From: Somniosus microcephalus
Taxonomy: Eukaryota
DNA length: 64,000 bases
Assembly: GCA_052327205.1 (NCBI GenBank)
Contig: CM126215.1
Location: 126,046,001 to 126,110,000 of the forward strand
Direction of reading: 5' to 3'
How positions within the stretch are numbered: the first letter of the stretch is position 1; each line of letters opens with the position of its first letter. The translations under genes and the position numbers were made by a program. The notes beneath the pieces are model-generated. The model made no database searches, was not told the DNA's origin, and was given only the letters and a program-made list of their open reading frames with translations. Shown here piece by piece: positions 35,110 to 48,931 of this stretch.

Positions 35110-36306
35110 ATGTAGGGCGAGGAAGAGTGTGTAGGGCGGGGGAACAGTGTGTAGGGCGGGGGAAGAGTGTGTAGGGCGGGGGAAGAGTGTGTAGGCGGGG
35201 GAAGAGTGTGTAGGGCGGGGGAAGAGTGTGTAGGGCGGGGAAGAGTGTGTAGGGCGGGGGAAGAGTGTGTAGGGCGAAGGAAGAGTGTGTAAAGCGAGGG
35301 AAGAGTGTGTAGGGCGGGGGAAAAGTGTGTAGGGCGGAGGAAGAGTGTGTAGGGCGGGGAAGAGTGTGTAGGGCGGGGGAAAAGTGTGTAGGGCGGAGGA
35401 AGAGTGTGTAGGGCGGGGGAAGAGTGTGTAGGGCGGGGAAGAGTGTGTAGGGTGGGGGAAAGTGTGTAGGGCGGAGGAAGAGTGTGTAGGGCGGGGAAGA
35501 GTGTGTAGGGCGGGGGAACAGTGTGTAGGGCGGGAGAAGAGTGTGTAGGGCGGGGGAAGAGTGTGTAGGGCGGGGGAAGAGTGTGTAGGGCGGGGGAAGA
35601 GTGTGTAGGGCGGGGGAAGAGTGTGTAGGGCGGAGGAAGAGTGTGTAGGGCGGGGGAAGAGTGTGTAGGGCGGGGGAAGAGTGTGTAGGGCGGGGAAGAG
35701 TGTGTAGGGCGGGGGAAAAGTGTGTAGGGCGGAGGAAGAGTGTGTAGGGCGGGGGAAGAGTGTGTAAGGCGGAGGAAGAGTGTGTAGGGCGGGGGAAGAG
35801 TGTGTAGAGTGGGGAAGAGTGTGTAGGGCGGGGGAAGAGTGTGTAGGGCGGGGGAAGAGTGTGTAGGGCGAAGGAAGAGTGTGTAAAGCGAGGGAAGAGT
35901 GTAAGGCGGGGGAAGAGTGTGTAAGGTGGGGGAAGAGTGTGTAAGGTGGGGGAAGAGTGTGTAGGGCGGGGGAAGAGTGTGTAGGGCGGGGGAAGAGTGT
36001 GTAAGGCGGGGGAAGAGTGTAGGGCGGGGGAAGAGCGTGTAGGGTGGGGGAAGAGCGTGTAGGGCGGGGGAAGAGCGTGTAGGGCGGGGGAAGAGCGTGT
36101 AGGGCGGGGGAAGAGTGTGTAGGGCGGGGGAAGAGTGTGTAGGCGGGGGAAGAGTGTGTAGGGCGGGGGAAGAGTGTAGGGCGGGGGAAGAGTGCGTAGG
36201 GCGGGGGAAGAGTGCGTAGGGCAGGGGAAGAGTGTGTAGGGCGGGGGAAGAGTGTGTAGGGCGGGGGAAGAGTGTGTAGGGCGGGGGAAGAGTGTAGGGT
36301 GGGGGA
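35110..36306 (+). repeat. 20-bp G-rich minisatellite, ~60 copies
   Basis: Unit GAAGAGTGTGTAGGGCGGGG. Confidence 0.95.
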
Positions 36307-36784
36307 ATTTGGAGCTTAGGAGGGACAAGAGAGGAAAGTTCAGAGGTGCAGTGATCATAGTCAATAAAACAGAGAGATAAGAAAGTTTGGGATGGGGAGA
36401 AATATGTTGGAGGCTCAGTTGGAGAGGCAGTACCTATCCAATAACCATTGTCTTGCCCAGAAGTGTGACGGTTTATCTGTGATTATTATTGAACCACTGG
36501 CCAAGCAAGAGAGAGACCAAAGGTTCTTTTTTTTGGTAAATCATAAGTGTCAGTTGGAGTGGAATGTAGCATTGCTGCAAACCTCACAGCAGTGTGACAG
36601 TCAGACACGTGTTACACCTTCCTGCAGGTCACGTAATGATATCTGACCCTGGTGGTCACCACTATCACCAGGGGAAGGGAGTTAACATTGTCCTTTTCAA
36701 TTTCAACACAGAGAGGAGGCAGGGGAGGGGGACGCCATGTGTAGGACAGGGGCATTTGGAGCTCAAAATGAATTTTTAGATGAC

Positions 36785-37200
36785 AGTATCGGCGGTGGCT
36801 CAGTGGCAGCGCTCTCGTCTCTGAATAGGAAGGTCCCCACTCCTGATACCAACACTCCTCAGTGCCCTACTGTGAGGGAGTGCTGCACTGCCGGAGGTGC
36901 CGTCGTTCGGATGAAATGTTAAACCGAGGCCCTGTCTGCCCTCTCGGGTGAACGTTAAAGAGCCCACGGCCACTATTCGAAGAAAAGCAGGGGAGTTCTG
37001 GCCAGTATTCATCCCTCAACCAATAGATTATGTGATCATTATCTCATTGCTGATTGTGGGAGCTTGCTGTGCGCAAATTGGCTGCCACGTTTCCCTACGT
37101 TATAACAGCGACTACACTTCAGAAGTACTTCATTGGCTGCAAAGTGCTTTGGGACGTCCTGCGGTCATGAAAGGCGCTATATAAATGCAAGCTTTTATTT
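36785..37200 (+). mobile_element. SacSINE1-like SINE (diverged)
   Basis: Matches other copies. Confidence 0.75.
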
Positions 37201-37946
37201 TGTTTTGGTAGTACCAATAAAATAGACAGGGGGAAAGGTAGGTTGCCCTGCACAGGGAGATTGGAGGTGAAACATGAAGGAGTCACCCACCAGATAATGT
37301 CCCGTCATTGCATCATTCATCATGCTTTATCTAATATTTAGATGTCGTTCATACATTGCTCAAGTGCAGAGAAAGCTGAAATGCTAACTGTACTTTCATA
37401 GATTTAATTATTCATTAATATATAAGAATGGAGCGTACTGAGGGATGGAGGCCCAGAGTGAATGCAATTAACCAGCTCAGTGAAACTGACAGCACAAATC
37501 TGAGCGGGTTCTTTGCTACAGAATGTAATTAATGTACCGGATTGTTTGTAGATTCTTTGAAACAAATGCAATTAACTAGCGGGCCAAAAAACCCGACAAG
37601 AAAATGACATAATTTATTCTGTCTTTTACGGATCACTCTTTATTGGTTGGATATGCTCCACCTTTATGTAAAGTTACAATACGGGACGTGAAGGGGCAAC
37701 AAAGCATTTCTGTACTGCTCTTTCCCTACCTTCCAATTTCCCCCCCCACCGCTCTTCTCCTCCCTCCCCACCCCCCACCCCCCCATCCAACTCACCTAAC
37801 AATCAGAATGGTTCCGTCCTTCCTACAGCAGGTTGAGCAAGCCTCTGTTTCAAAACACTTAATTACTGAGTAACATCTGGACCACAGCCCGCTTAATACA
37901 AACAGCTGTGTGTCATTCCTGCCCCACCACCCCCCGACTCTGTGGG

Positions 37947-38712
37947 ATGTCAGCTGTAGCTCAGGGGGTAGCACTCTCTCGCCTCTCAGTCAGGAGGTCA
38001 TGGGTTCCAGTCCTCCTCCAGAGACTTGAGCACATAATCCAGGCTGACACTCCAGTGCAGCACTGAGGGAGTGCTGCACTGTCGGAAGTGCCGTCTTTCG
38101 GATGAGACATAGAAACATAGGAGCAGGAGTAGGCCATTCGGCCCTTCGAGCCTGCTCCGCCATTCAATATGATCATGGCTCATCCTCTATCTCAATACCA
38201 TATTCTCGCTCTCTCCCCATACCCCTTGATGCCTTTTGTGTCTAGAAATTTATCTATCTCCTTCTTAAATATATTCAGCGACTTGACCTCCACAGCCTTC
38301 TGTGGTAGAGAATTCCACAGGTTCACCACCCTCTGAGTGAAGAGATTTCTCCTCATCTCAGTCCTAAATGAACTACCCCGTATTCTGAGAGTCGTTAAAC
38401 CGAGGCCCCGTCTACTCTCTCAGGTGATGTAAAAGATCCCATGGCCACTATTTTGAAGAAGAGCAGGGGGAGTTCTCCCTGGGGTCCTGGGGCCAATATT
38501 TATCCCTCAACCAACATCACTAGAAACAGATGATCTGGTCATTATCACATTGCTGTTTGTGGGATCTTGCTGTGCGCATATTGGCTGCCGCGTTTCCTAC
38601 GTTACAACAGTGACCACACTTCAAATTGTATTTCATTGGCTGTAAAGCGCTTTGAGAAGTTTGGTGGTCGTGAAAAGCGCTATAGAAATACAAGTCTTTC
38701 TTTTTCTTTTTT
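37947..38712 (+). mobile_element. SacSINE1-like SINE split by a CR1 3' end (-, ~38108-38392)
   Basis: SINE resumes at GTTAAACCGAGG; CATAGAAA tail marks the CR1. Confidence 0.82.
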
Positions 38713-39189
38713 TATAGCTAGGCCAAGATTGAATAAAGAGAATCAGCATCAAATTCCTTAGTATATAATGGAGTTGAATAGGGTGCCACTGGATTCTCTT
38801 GAAGTACTGTTATTTTCCTCAGGCATTTATGGTGCTTTCAATCCTTGGCTCCAAAATGCAGCTATTGAGCACAAAATGGAAATATAGGAGGGAGGGAAAT
38901 GAGTGCTGAGGAGGGCAGCTTGTGTCAGGGCCCCACAGGCTGAATGATAGTTCCCAGTATCACTGTAACAGAGCAGACTGATCACTCCCCATCACTCTCC
39001 TCTGCCCTCATTTTCTTGCTGTGTTTTCTTTTTAAGTAACTTTCCTGTACCGATATCACTCTCTGCCCACTGCTAAAGGGCAGGTCACTAGAGCTGGGAC
39101 ACGCCTGGCCAACGCAACGAGAAAACAAAAAGGCCGTTTGAAGCACTGATGCAATATTAATCCGGGACAGGTTTCTTTCCATCCAGTTT

Positions 39190-40135
39190 TCTTCTTCTCC
39201 TCCCCTCCCCCTCCTCCCAATCCGTCTCCTCCTCCTCCACTTCCCATCACACCCCTCCCCTCCCCTCTCCTCCACTCCACTTCCCTCTCCTCCACTTCCC
39301 ATCACGCCCCTCCCCTCCCCTCTCCTCCACTCCACTTCCCTCTCCTCCTCCTCCACTTCCCATCACGCCCCTCCCCTCCCCTCTCCTCCACTCCACTTCC
39401 CTCTCCTCCTCCTCCACTTCCCATCACACCCCTCCCCTCCCCTCCACTTTCCTCCCCTCTCCTCCCAATCCGTCTCCTCTTCCACTTCCCATCGCGCCCC
39501 TCCCCTCCCCTCTCCTCCACTCCACTTCCCTCTCCTCCACTTCCCATCACGCCCCTCCCCTCCCCTCTCCTCCACTCCACTTCCCTCTCCTCCTCCTCCA
39601 CTTCCCATCACGCCCCTCCCCTCCCCTCTCCTCCACTCCACTTCCCTCTCCTCCTCCTCCACTTCCCATCACGCCCCTCCCCTCCCCTCTCCTCCACTCC
39701 ACTTCCTTCTCCTCCTCCTCCACTTCCCATCACACCCCTCCCCTCCCCTCCACTTTCCTCCCCTCTCCTCCCAATCCGTCTCCTCTTCCACTTCCCATCA
39801 CACCCCTCCTCTCCCCTCCACTCCACTCCCCTCCCCTCTCCTCTGCTCCTCCTCCACTTCACATCCCGCCACCCCTCTCCCCTCCCAACCCGCCCCTCCT
39901 CTCCCCTCCCATCCCCTCTCGTCCCATCTCCTATCCCCCTCCCCTCCCCTCCCATCCCCTCTCCTCCTCTACTTCCTCTCCCCTTCTTTCTCTTCTCTCT
40001 CCCCTCTCCTCTCCTCCCCTTCCCTCTTCTCTCCTCCTCCTCTCTATGCTCTCCCTTCCTCCCCTCTTCCCTACTCCCCACCCCTCTTCTCTCCTCTCCT
40101 CTCCCCACCTCCTCTTTCCCCACCTCTCCTCTCCA
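39190..40135. repeat. Pyrimidine-rich ~61-bp minisatellite/low complexity
   Basis: Recurring CACTTCCCATCACGCCCCTCCCCTCCCCTCTCCTCCACTCCACTTCCC units. Confidence 0.9.
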
Positions 40136-40619
40136 CTGTGGCTCCACAGGTGCCAGCCAGTCTCACCTCAGGCAGCTGTTCTTCATGTTTGGGCCTGGCC
40201 AATGAGTGTTGACAGACTGCTTGGCCTTGGTGGCCATCACCATGGAGGGAAATGCTGTGTTTTTTTACTATTCACTCTCGGGATGTGGGCATTGCTGACA
40301 AGGCCAGCATTTATTACCTATCCCTTGAGAAGGTGGCGGTGGGCCTTTTTCTGAACCGCTGCAGTCCGTGTGGTGAATGTGCCTGGCATCCATATGTGCC
40401 TCTTTCTCTGTCTCATTCACACACACACACACACGTCTGTAGATAGTGATCAGGAGCAGGAACCCCAACTGATTGTCTCCCTCCCTTGCCCAGGAGCGCT
40501 GAGACCAGTTGCTGCTCTCCCTCAGGTTAGATAACCTGGGAGTGTCACGTTGTGGGGGGCTTAAAGCACACTCGGAGATCCATTTATTACACTAGGGAGG
40601 TGAGAATAAGTTCAAACTT

Positions 40620-41076
40620 AGAAAGAACTTTCTATAGTGCCTTTTACAACCTGAGGACATCCCAAAGTGCTTCACAGCCAATGAAGTATTTTTGAAGTGT
40701 AGTCACTGTTGTAATGTCGGAAGCGTGGCAGCCAATTTACACACAGCAAGCTCCCATAAACAGCAATGTGATAATGACCAGATAATCTGTATTAGTGATG
40801 TTGATTGAGGGATAAATATTGGCCAGGACACCGGGGAGAACTCCCCCTGCTCTTCTTCGAAATAGTGCCATGGTATCTTTTGCATCCGCCTGAGAGAGCA
40901 GACGGGAGCCTCGGTTTAACGTCTCACCCGAAAGATGGCGCCTCTGACAGTGCAGCACTCCCTCAGCACTGCACTGGGAGTGTCAGCCTGGATTTTGTGC
41001 TCAAGTCTCTGGTGAGGGAACCCACAACCTTCTGACTCAGAGGCGAGGGTGCTGCCCCCTGAGCCACGGCCGACAT
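40620..41076 (-). mobile_element. SacSINE1-like SINE
   Basis: Matches other copies. Confidence 0.82.
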
Positions 41077-41544
41077 TATCGAATCTGGGTCAGATTGCCT
41101 TTGCAGAGAGTAAGAGCACAGAGCAGAATCTTCGAAATCGAAGGAGCTGTTTGGCACTTGTAAAAGCAGATTGAAAGGTGGCCCTGCCTGGTCAGGATCA
41201 TTGAAATGTCTGTGGTTCCTGCTCCAACCAAGAATTGATTTATTAAAATATGACATTTATAGCTAGAGAAAAATAATCCATATTATTTCATTGTAAGCTT
41301 GAAATTGATCTCTGATTGTATCAGAGCTAAGCCCGAAGGTGGCAAAATAAATATTTCAACCTCTCATTCAGTGATTTTTTAATAGTGCAGTTTGTGCTAG
41401 AATAGGTCTGAGGTTGGTTGTTGTCTGAAATGTTTTAATTTAATCTGTGAAACAGCTGACCCACTGTACCATATGAGCCCTGCTTCACTCCATATGCTCT
41501 CTGTTCTCTGTGCTGCTGGCTCATCGAATGCTCAGCTATATATA

Positions 41545-42122
41545 GATAGGAATAGGAGGCTATTCAGCCCCTCCAGCCTGTTCCGTCTTTCAATTAGATC
41601 AGAGCTGATCTGTATCTTAACTCCACCTACCTGCCTTGGTTCCGTATCCCTTAATACCCTTTGCCTAACAAGAATCTATCAATCCCAGTTTTGAAATTTT
41701 CAATTGACCCCCAGCCTCAACAGCTTTTTGGGGGAGAGAGTTCCAGATTTCCCCCACCCTTTGTGTGAAGAAGTGCTTCCTGACATCACCCCTGAACGGC
41801 CTGGCTCTAATTTTAAGGTTCTGCCCCCTTGTTCTGGACTCCCCCCACCAGAGGAAATAGTTTCTCTCTATCCACCCTATCGAGTCCTTTAATCATCTTA
41901 AACACCTCGATTAGATCAACCCTTAATCTTCTAAACTCGAGGGAATACAAGCCCAGTCTGTGCAACCTGTCCTCGTAATTTAACCCTTTCAGCCCCGGGA
42001 TCGTTCTGGTGAATCTGCGCTGCCCCCCCATTTACCCGCCTTTGCTCCACATCCCTCGATGCCCTTACCAAACAAAAATCTTTTGATCTCAGTCTTGAAA
42101 ATTTCAAATGACCCCCAGCATC
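41545..42122 (-). mobile_element. CR1 LINE 3' fragment(s)
   Basis: QRRFTR.IPG..YEDRL..LGLYSLEFRRLR.DLIEVFK motif. Confidence 0.82.
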
Positions 42123-42984
42123 TAATGGGGTACAGAGAAGAACTAGGAGACCGATCCCTAAGGGTCAGGGCACTGACCTGCGATAGGACAGAAGAAGCTT
42201 GGGTTATTCAATGCCAGTCGGAGATAACTGCAAGGGACTTTATAAAGATATGTAAGATAGTAAACATTATAGTAAAAGGTATAACCGTAATGTTACTTCA
42301 GTACTTTGTATGACTAATGTAGATGTGGAGCAATAACGATAACCATACATTTAGGTGGTTAAGCCAGATAATTGGTCAGGAGGAGCAGAGAGTTTGAGGA
42401 TCTTTCTTCCAGGACCTATCGGACATGTTGCTTGGCCCTGAAGAGGGCCGTTATGGTGACTTGAGTGATTGCTCTGAAGACCGGGAGATGGTTGCCCGAT
42501 GTTTGGTCACCGGGTTGATGGCATTAGTCATGATTTCTCACTTAACCGAGTGGGCCACGTGAAGGCTGCCAGCTTCCACTGCATTACTTCAGTAAAGCCA
42601 GGGGACACAGAGTCAACGTGCTGGACATGTAATCCAGGCCTGACATCAGGAAGAGTTCCTTCGCACAGAGAGTGAGGAATACAGGGAATGGAATTGCGGT
42701 GAAGGATAAAACCGGTATAAGAAACTTCTTGTAGGCTGTGATGTGGGGACTGTATGGTCTGTGTGGATGGTTTCTCATCTGTGTCTAGCTCATGATTTTT
42801 AGCGCAAGTATGGGGGGAATGTTCAGCACCACTGGAATGTCAAACTGGAGTTGCGGTCGGGACTCATTGCAGAAACCATTCACTATTCCTTTCGATTTAA
42901 ATCACAGTTTGTGTGTTATGAAAGTTAGCTCGCCAAAGTCAGGGATGTTAGTGATACACAATGGAATACTTTCCTATTTAAGAC

Positions 42985-44720
42985 ACCTGCTGCCCCATCA
43001 AACACTCCCAGGGCTCAGGATAGATACAGAGTAAAGGTCCCTCTACACTGTCCCATCAACCACTCCCAGGACAGGTACAGCACGGGTTAGATACAGAGTA
43101 AAGCTCCCTCTACACTGTCCCATCAAACACTCCCAGGGCAGGTACAGCACGGGTTAGATACAGAGTAAAGCTCCCTCTACACTGTCCCATCAAACACTCC
43201 CAGGGCAGGTACAGCACGGGTTAGATACACAGTAAAGCTCCCTCTACACTGTCCCATCAAACACTCCCAGGGCAGGTACAGCACGGGTTAGTTACATAGT
43301 AAAGCTCCCTCTACACTGTCCCATCAAACACTCCCAGGGCAGGTACAGCACGGGTTAGATACATAGTAAAGCTCCCTCTACACTGTCCCATCAAACACTC
43401 CCAGGGCGGGTATAGCACGGGTTAGATACAGAGTAAAGCACCCTCTGCACTGTCCCATCAAACACTCCCAGGGCAGGTACAGCATGGGTTAGATACAGAG
43501 TAAAGCTCCCTCTACACTGTCCCATCAAACACTCCCAGGGCAGGTACAGCACGGGTTAGTTACATAGTAAAGCTCCCTCTACACTGTCCCATCAAACACT
43601 CCCAGGGCAGGTACAGCATGGGTTAGATACAGAGTAAAGCTCCCTCTACACTGTCCTATCAAACACTCCCAGGGCAGGTACAGCATGGGTTAGATACAGA
43701 GTAAAGCTCCCTCTACACTGTCCCCATCAAACACTCCCAGGGCAGGTACAGCACGGGTTAGTTATATAGTAAAGCTGCCTCTACACTGTCCCATCAAACA
43801 CTCCCAGGGCAGGTACAGCACGGGTTAGTTACATAGTAAAGCTCCCTCTACACTGTCCCATCAACCACCCCCAGGGCAGGTACAGCACGGGTTAGTTATA
43901 TAGTAAAGCTGCCTCTACACTGTCCCATCAAACACTCCCAGGGCAGGTACAGCACGGGTTAGATACAGAGTAAAGCTCCCTCTACACTGTCCCATCAAAC
44001 ACTCCCAGGGCAGGTACAGCACGGGTTAGATACAGAGTAAAGCTCCCTCTACACTGTCCCATCAAACACTCCCAGGACAAGTACAGCACGGGTTAGTTAC
44101 AGAGTAAAGCTCCCTCTACACTGTCCCATCAAACACTCCCAGGGCAGGTACAGCACGGGTTAGTTACATAGTAAAGCTCCCTCTACACTGTCCCATCAAA
44201 CAATCCCAGGGCAGGTACAGCATGGGTTAGATACAGAGTAAAGCTCCCTCTACACTGTCCTATCAAACACTCCCAGGGCAGGTACAGCATGGGTTAGATA
44301 CAGAGTAAAGCTCCCTCTACACTGTCCCCATCAAACACTCCCAGGGCAGGTACAGCACGGGTTAGTTATATAGTAAAGCTGCCTCTACACTGTCCCATCA
44401 AACACTCCCAGGGCAGGTACAGCACGGGTTAGTTACATAGTAAAGCTCCCTCTACACTGTCCCATCAAACACCCCCAGGGCAGGTACAGCACGGGTTAGA
44501 TACAGAGTAAAGCTCCCTCTACACTGTCCCATCAAATACTCCCAGGGCAGGTGCAGCACGGGTTAGATACAGAGTAAAGCTCCCTCTACACTGACCCATC
44601 AAACACTCCCAGGGCAGGTACCGCACGGGTTAGTTACATAGTAAAGCTCCCTCTACACTGTCCCATCAAACACTCCCAGGGCAGGTACAGCACGGGTTAG
44701 TTACAGAGTAAAGCTCCCTC
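42985..44720 (+). repeat. 67-bp satellite array 1 (~26 copies)
   Basis: Unit CCCATCAAACACTCCCAGGGCAGGTACAGCACGGGTTAGATACAGAGTAAAGCTCCCTCTACACTGT. Confidence 0.97.
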
Positions 44721-45284
44721 AATAGAGGATTATGCTGATAGATTTAGATGAGGAAAGATAGGAGGAGGCTTGAGTAGAGCATAACCACCAGCATGGACTG
44801 GTTGAGCCGAATGGCCTGTTTCTGTGCTGTATATCCTATGTAATCCTATGAATGGCAGAACAGGCTGGAGGAGCTGAATGGCCTACTCCTGTTCCAATTG
44901 CATGAGATAGACATTTTCTCCACACCAGTGTCCTCTCTGTGAATAAGATTGACAAACTACTGGCAAGATTGGGGCAGCTTCTTGCAATGATCCGTACGGA
45001 CTGGATGGGGCTGCCCATGTTGGATCCCGACAGTCACATAAGATTTCCATCCTCTAAGTCTTTGATGGATTGGAACGTTCTTCTTAGAGCTGAAAACCCA
45101 TTGTCAAAATGGCTGTGTGTGCCCAGACCCCATTAAGGGGCATGGTAGTGTATTGTAGTCGTTATGTTACTGGACTAGTAATTCAGTGACTTGAAATGTG
45201 TTCAAATCTCTCTATGGCAATTTGAGAATCTGAATTCAGTTTTGAGATGAAGTCGGGTGGGAAGAGTCACATGTGGAGCATATG

Positions 45285-45686
45285 AACCTAAGAAACAGGA
45301 TCAAGATTAGGCTTTTCGGCCCTTCGAGCATGCTCCGCCATTCAATAAAATCATGGCTGATCTTCTGCCTCAACTCCGCTTTCCTGCCCGATCCCCATGT
45401 TCCTTGATTCCCGTACTGTCCAAAAATCTATCGATCTCAGTCTTGAATATACTCAACAACTCAGCATCCACAGCCCTCTGGGGTAGAGAATTCCAAAGAT
45501 TCACCACCCTCTGAGTGAAGAAATTCCTCCTCATCTCAGTCTTAAATGGCTGACCCCTTATTCTGAGACTATGCCCCCTAGTTCTAGACTCTCCAGCCAG
45601 GGGAAACAACCTCTCAGCATCTACCCTGTCAAGCTCTCCTAAGAATTTGATGTTTCAATTAGATCACCTCTCATTCTTCTAAACAC
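45285..45686 (-). mobile_element. CR1 LINE 3' fragment
   Basis: TRGH..RRNFFTQRVVNLWNSLP motif. Confidence 0.85.
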
Positions 45687-45984
45687 TGGCATGGAGCAGT
45701 TGGGCCGAATGGCCTGTTTCTGTGCTGTAAACACTGTGTGTTAAAAAAAAGGCATTTAAGTAAATCAGGCAATTTTTATTCGCGAGCCTGCAATTCAGAA
45801 GTCTCTGCCGTCACCAAAACTAACTCATCGTGAAGGTTACTTTCATGTTTAATGCAAAGTGACACAGAAATGGACAGGCATGAAATTAAAGACAGGCAAA
45901 TGTTTTATTAAGCTCATTTCTCTGATGAAGACACGAGGTTGCACTCTAGTGGCCTCAGCCCCTGGTGTAGGCAGGGATTTTTAA

Positions 45985-46513
45985 CATAGAAACATAGAAG
46001 ATAGGAGCAGGAGTAGGCCATTCGGCCCCTCGAGCCTGCTCCGCCATTCAATGAGATCATGGCTGATCATCCAAATTCAGTACCCTGTCCCTGCCTTCTC
46101 CCCATATCCCTTGATCCCTTTAGCCTTAAGAAATATATCTAACTCCTTCTTGAATATATTTAATGAATTGGCCTCAACTGCCTTCTGTGGTAGAGAATTC
46201 CACAGGTTCACGACTCTCTGGGTGAAGAAATTCCTCCTCATCACTGTACTAAATGGCTTACCCCTTATCCTTAGACTGTGACCCCTGGTTCTGGACTCCC
46301 CGGCCATCGGGAACATCCTTCCTGCATCTAGTCTGTCTAGTCCTGTTAGGATTTTATAAGTTTCAATGAGACCTCCTCTCATTCTTCTAAACTCTAGCTA
46401 GTATAAGCCCAATCGACCCAATCTCTCCTCATACATCATTCCTGCCATCCCAGGTATCAGTCTGGTGAATCTTCACTGCACTCCCTCCATGGCAAGAACA
46501 TCCTTCCTCAGAT
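45985..46513 (-). mobile_element. CR1 LINE 3' fragment (same subfamily as 3192-3725)
   Basis: Highly similar to 3192-3725 throughout. Confidence 0.9.
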
Positions 46514-46734
46514 TTGGGTCGGGGCGTCCACTGATATTTAGCCTGGGGATCAGTGGGGATCAGTGGGTGGAGACTGCTCGCAAGCGAGCACTTCACTGCG
46601 AGGGTCTTCAGATGGAGCCTTTCAAATGTTTTCTTTCAGCGTTCTACTGCTCAAAGCTTTTTTATAAATTGAGAGGCTGGGTGAAGGGTCATAGTGTACG
46701 ACCCCACTGCGGTTAAAGGAGATGACGGGTGAGC

Positions 46735-47335
46735 AAGAACTTACATTTCCGTAGCGCCTTTCACGACCATAGGGCGTCCCAAAGCGCTTCACAGCCAATG
46801 CGGTAGTTAGTAGTCACTGCTGTAGTGTAGCAAACGCCACAGCCAAATTGTGCACAGCAAGCTTCCACACAGCGATGTGATGTTTACTGTATAATCGGTT
46901 GTAGTGATGCAGGCTGAGAGATAAATATTGGCCAGGGCCAACGTTCCCTATAAGCTGTGCAGCTGTTTGCCGATCCCACTTAGCCCGTGACCAGCTTTTT
47001 CAATGTTAAGTTTCACGCAGGCGCGAAACTGAATGGGCCGCACAGCCCCTGAAGGGTGCCGTGTACCCCCCCAAAAAAAATTAAGGGGAACATTGGCCCA
47101 GTACATCAGGGAGAACACCCCTGCTCTTCTTCAAAATAGTGCCGTGGGATCTACGTCCACCTGAGAGAGCAGACGGGGGCCTCGGATTAACGCCTCATCT
47201 GAAAGACGGCACCTCCGACAGTGCAGCACTCCCTGGGAGTGTCAGCCCGGAGTTTTGTGCTCAATTCTCTGCAGTGGGACTTGAACCCACTGATTCAGAG
47301 GCGGGAGTGCTGCCCACTGAGTCTCAGCTGACCCC
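46735..47335 (-). mobile_element. SacSINE1-like SINE split by a small MITE
   Basis: SINE consensus on both sides of 46939-47095. Confidence 0.75.
46939..47095. mobile_element. 157-bp MITE, hAT-like
   Basis: Imperfect TIR CAACGTTCCCTATAA / TTAAGGGGAACATTG; degenerate ~8-bp duplication. Confidence 0.6.
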
Positions 47336-47771
47336 TTAGACAGGCAGTGTGCAGCTAGTCCTCTTTGGGGGTGAATTTCCGTACGGCCTTCTCTCCTTCG
47401 TCCACCATAAGTTGGCTTCTCGAAGCCCTGCCGAGGACTCCGCTGGTCCAGTCAGTGAGTACCTGAGCCATACATGGCAGCAGGGTCCCAGTTTCGATCT
47501 CCAAACTCTGCTGAATGAGCTGAACTCAACTAGGGCATCGGTTGGAGAGTTACAGTTGGCCTCAGCACCCCTGATTTAGGGAGCGGTTAAGAAAAACGGA
47601 GGCCGGGTTACTGCTCCTGATTTACTGTCCAATGAAACCCTGCTTGGAAAGTTCATTGGGCGAGGACCAGATTTGGATCAATCACTGCGATCCCCCAAGA
47701 TTGGTCACTTGGGTGGGCACCATCTTCAGGAGAGACAGGAAGAATACTATTTGGAAGATGACATTCGTGGC

Positions 47772-48210
47772 AACAGCTTGCATTGATATAGTGCCTTTAA
47801 CGTAGCAAATCGTCCCGAGGCACTTCACAGGAGCGATTATCAAACAAAATTTGACACTGAGCTACATATGGAGATATTAGGACAGGAAAGAGGTAGGTTT
47901 TAAGGAGCGTCTTAAAGGTGGAGAGGTTTAGGGAGGGAATTCCAGAGCTTTAGGCCCAGGCAGCTGAAGGAATGGCCGCCAATGGTGGGGCGATAGAAAT
48001 TGGGGAGGAACAAGAGGCCTGAATTGGAGGAGTGCAGAGATCTCGGAGGGTTGTAGGGCTGGAGGAGGTTACAGTGATGGTGCGGGGGGGGCGGGGTGGC
48101 AGGCGAGGCCATGGAGGGATTTGAACACAAGGATGGGAATTTTAACTTCAAGGTGTTGGTGGACTGGGAGCCAATGTAGGTCATCGAGCACAGGGGAAAG
48201 ATCGGTGACC
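47772..48210 (-). mobile_element. L2-type LINE 3' end
   Basis: Matches other L2 copies. Confidence 0.75.
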
Positions 48211-48931
48211 TTCTCTTGGTCCAGTTTGTAACGTGCAAAATAGCTCAGAAGGTTTGAACATTATCTGAGGATAGGACCTCTTGAAAATGTTCTAACTTCA
48301 TTACAAGTGGAGGGGCGTTGGCTTCAGTTTGCAGCCAACATCTGTCAATGCGACCAACATTCATCACTGGAACCAGACAGGACCCTCCTCCTGGGAGCAC
48401 TGCTACAAAAAGTGTTAAAGAGTTCAGATTACTTTAGAGGAGCTGCTTAATGACACGTCGCCCGGCAATCAGCCAACTCCGGGGCTGTCATTAACTTGCC
48501 CCGGATACGCTGCTGTCTCCTTAATTTGTGTCTTGACATGCTGAAACTGATGAGAGAGGGATCGCTGGACTAAACTAATGTGTCTTTCTGTCCTTCACAG
48601 ACACTGCAGCATTGATAATAATAACTCTTTCAGTCCCTTTGATGTGTTGTTTTAATCAGGTCAGTCAGTACGAACACTCCGCACATTCGTAAACCAGATG
48701 CTAATTTTATGCACACTCTTTTCACACATCTCTCTTTTTCTCCTACTCCCCAATTTCCCAGGCTGACTCTTGCTGGGGTACAGATCTGCAGATCCCAGCT
48801 ACCTCGTGCAGGGGACCAGTCTTCATGTCTGTCTCTGTGAGTGTCGGTGGGCTATCCTCCCATAGCCCAATCCCTGTCCTCACCCACCCATCCAAATGTG
48901 CGCTTTTTTGCAGGGGTCAGGACTGCCTTTA

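Noticed and set aside
35096-36364. 422-aa Pro/Thr/His-rich ORF
   Set aside because: Translation of a stop-free 20-bp minisatellite; no coding evidence.
38982-40147. Gly/Glu/Arg-rich ORFs
   Set aside because: Translations of low-complexity CT repeats.
42822-42836. REST/NRSE-like TTCAGCACC
   Set aside because: Only the left half-site; the GGACAG half is absent.
48601-48659. Possible exon after TTCACAG
   Set aside because: No recognisable peptide, asymmetric phase and no other support.
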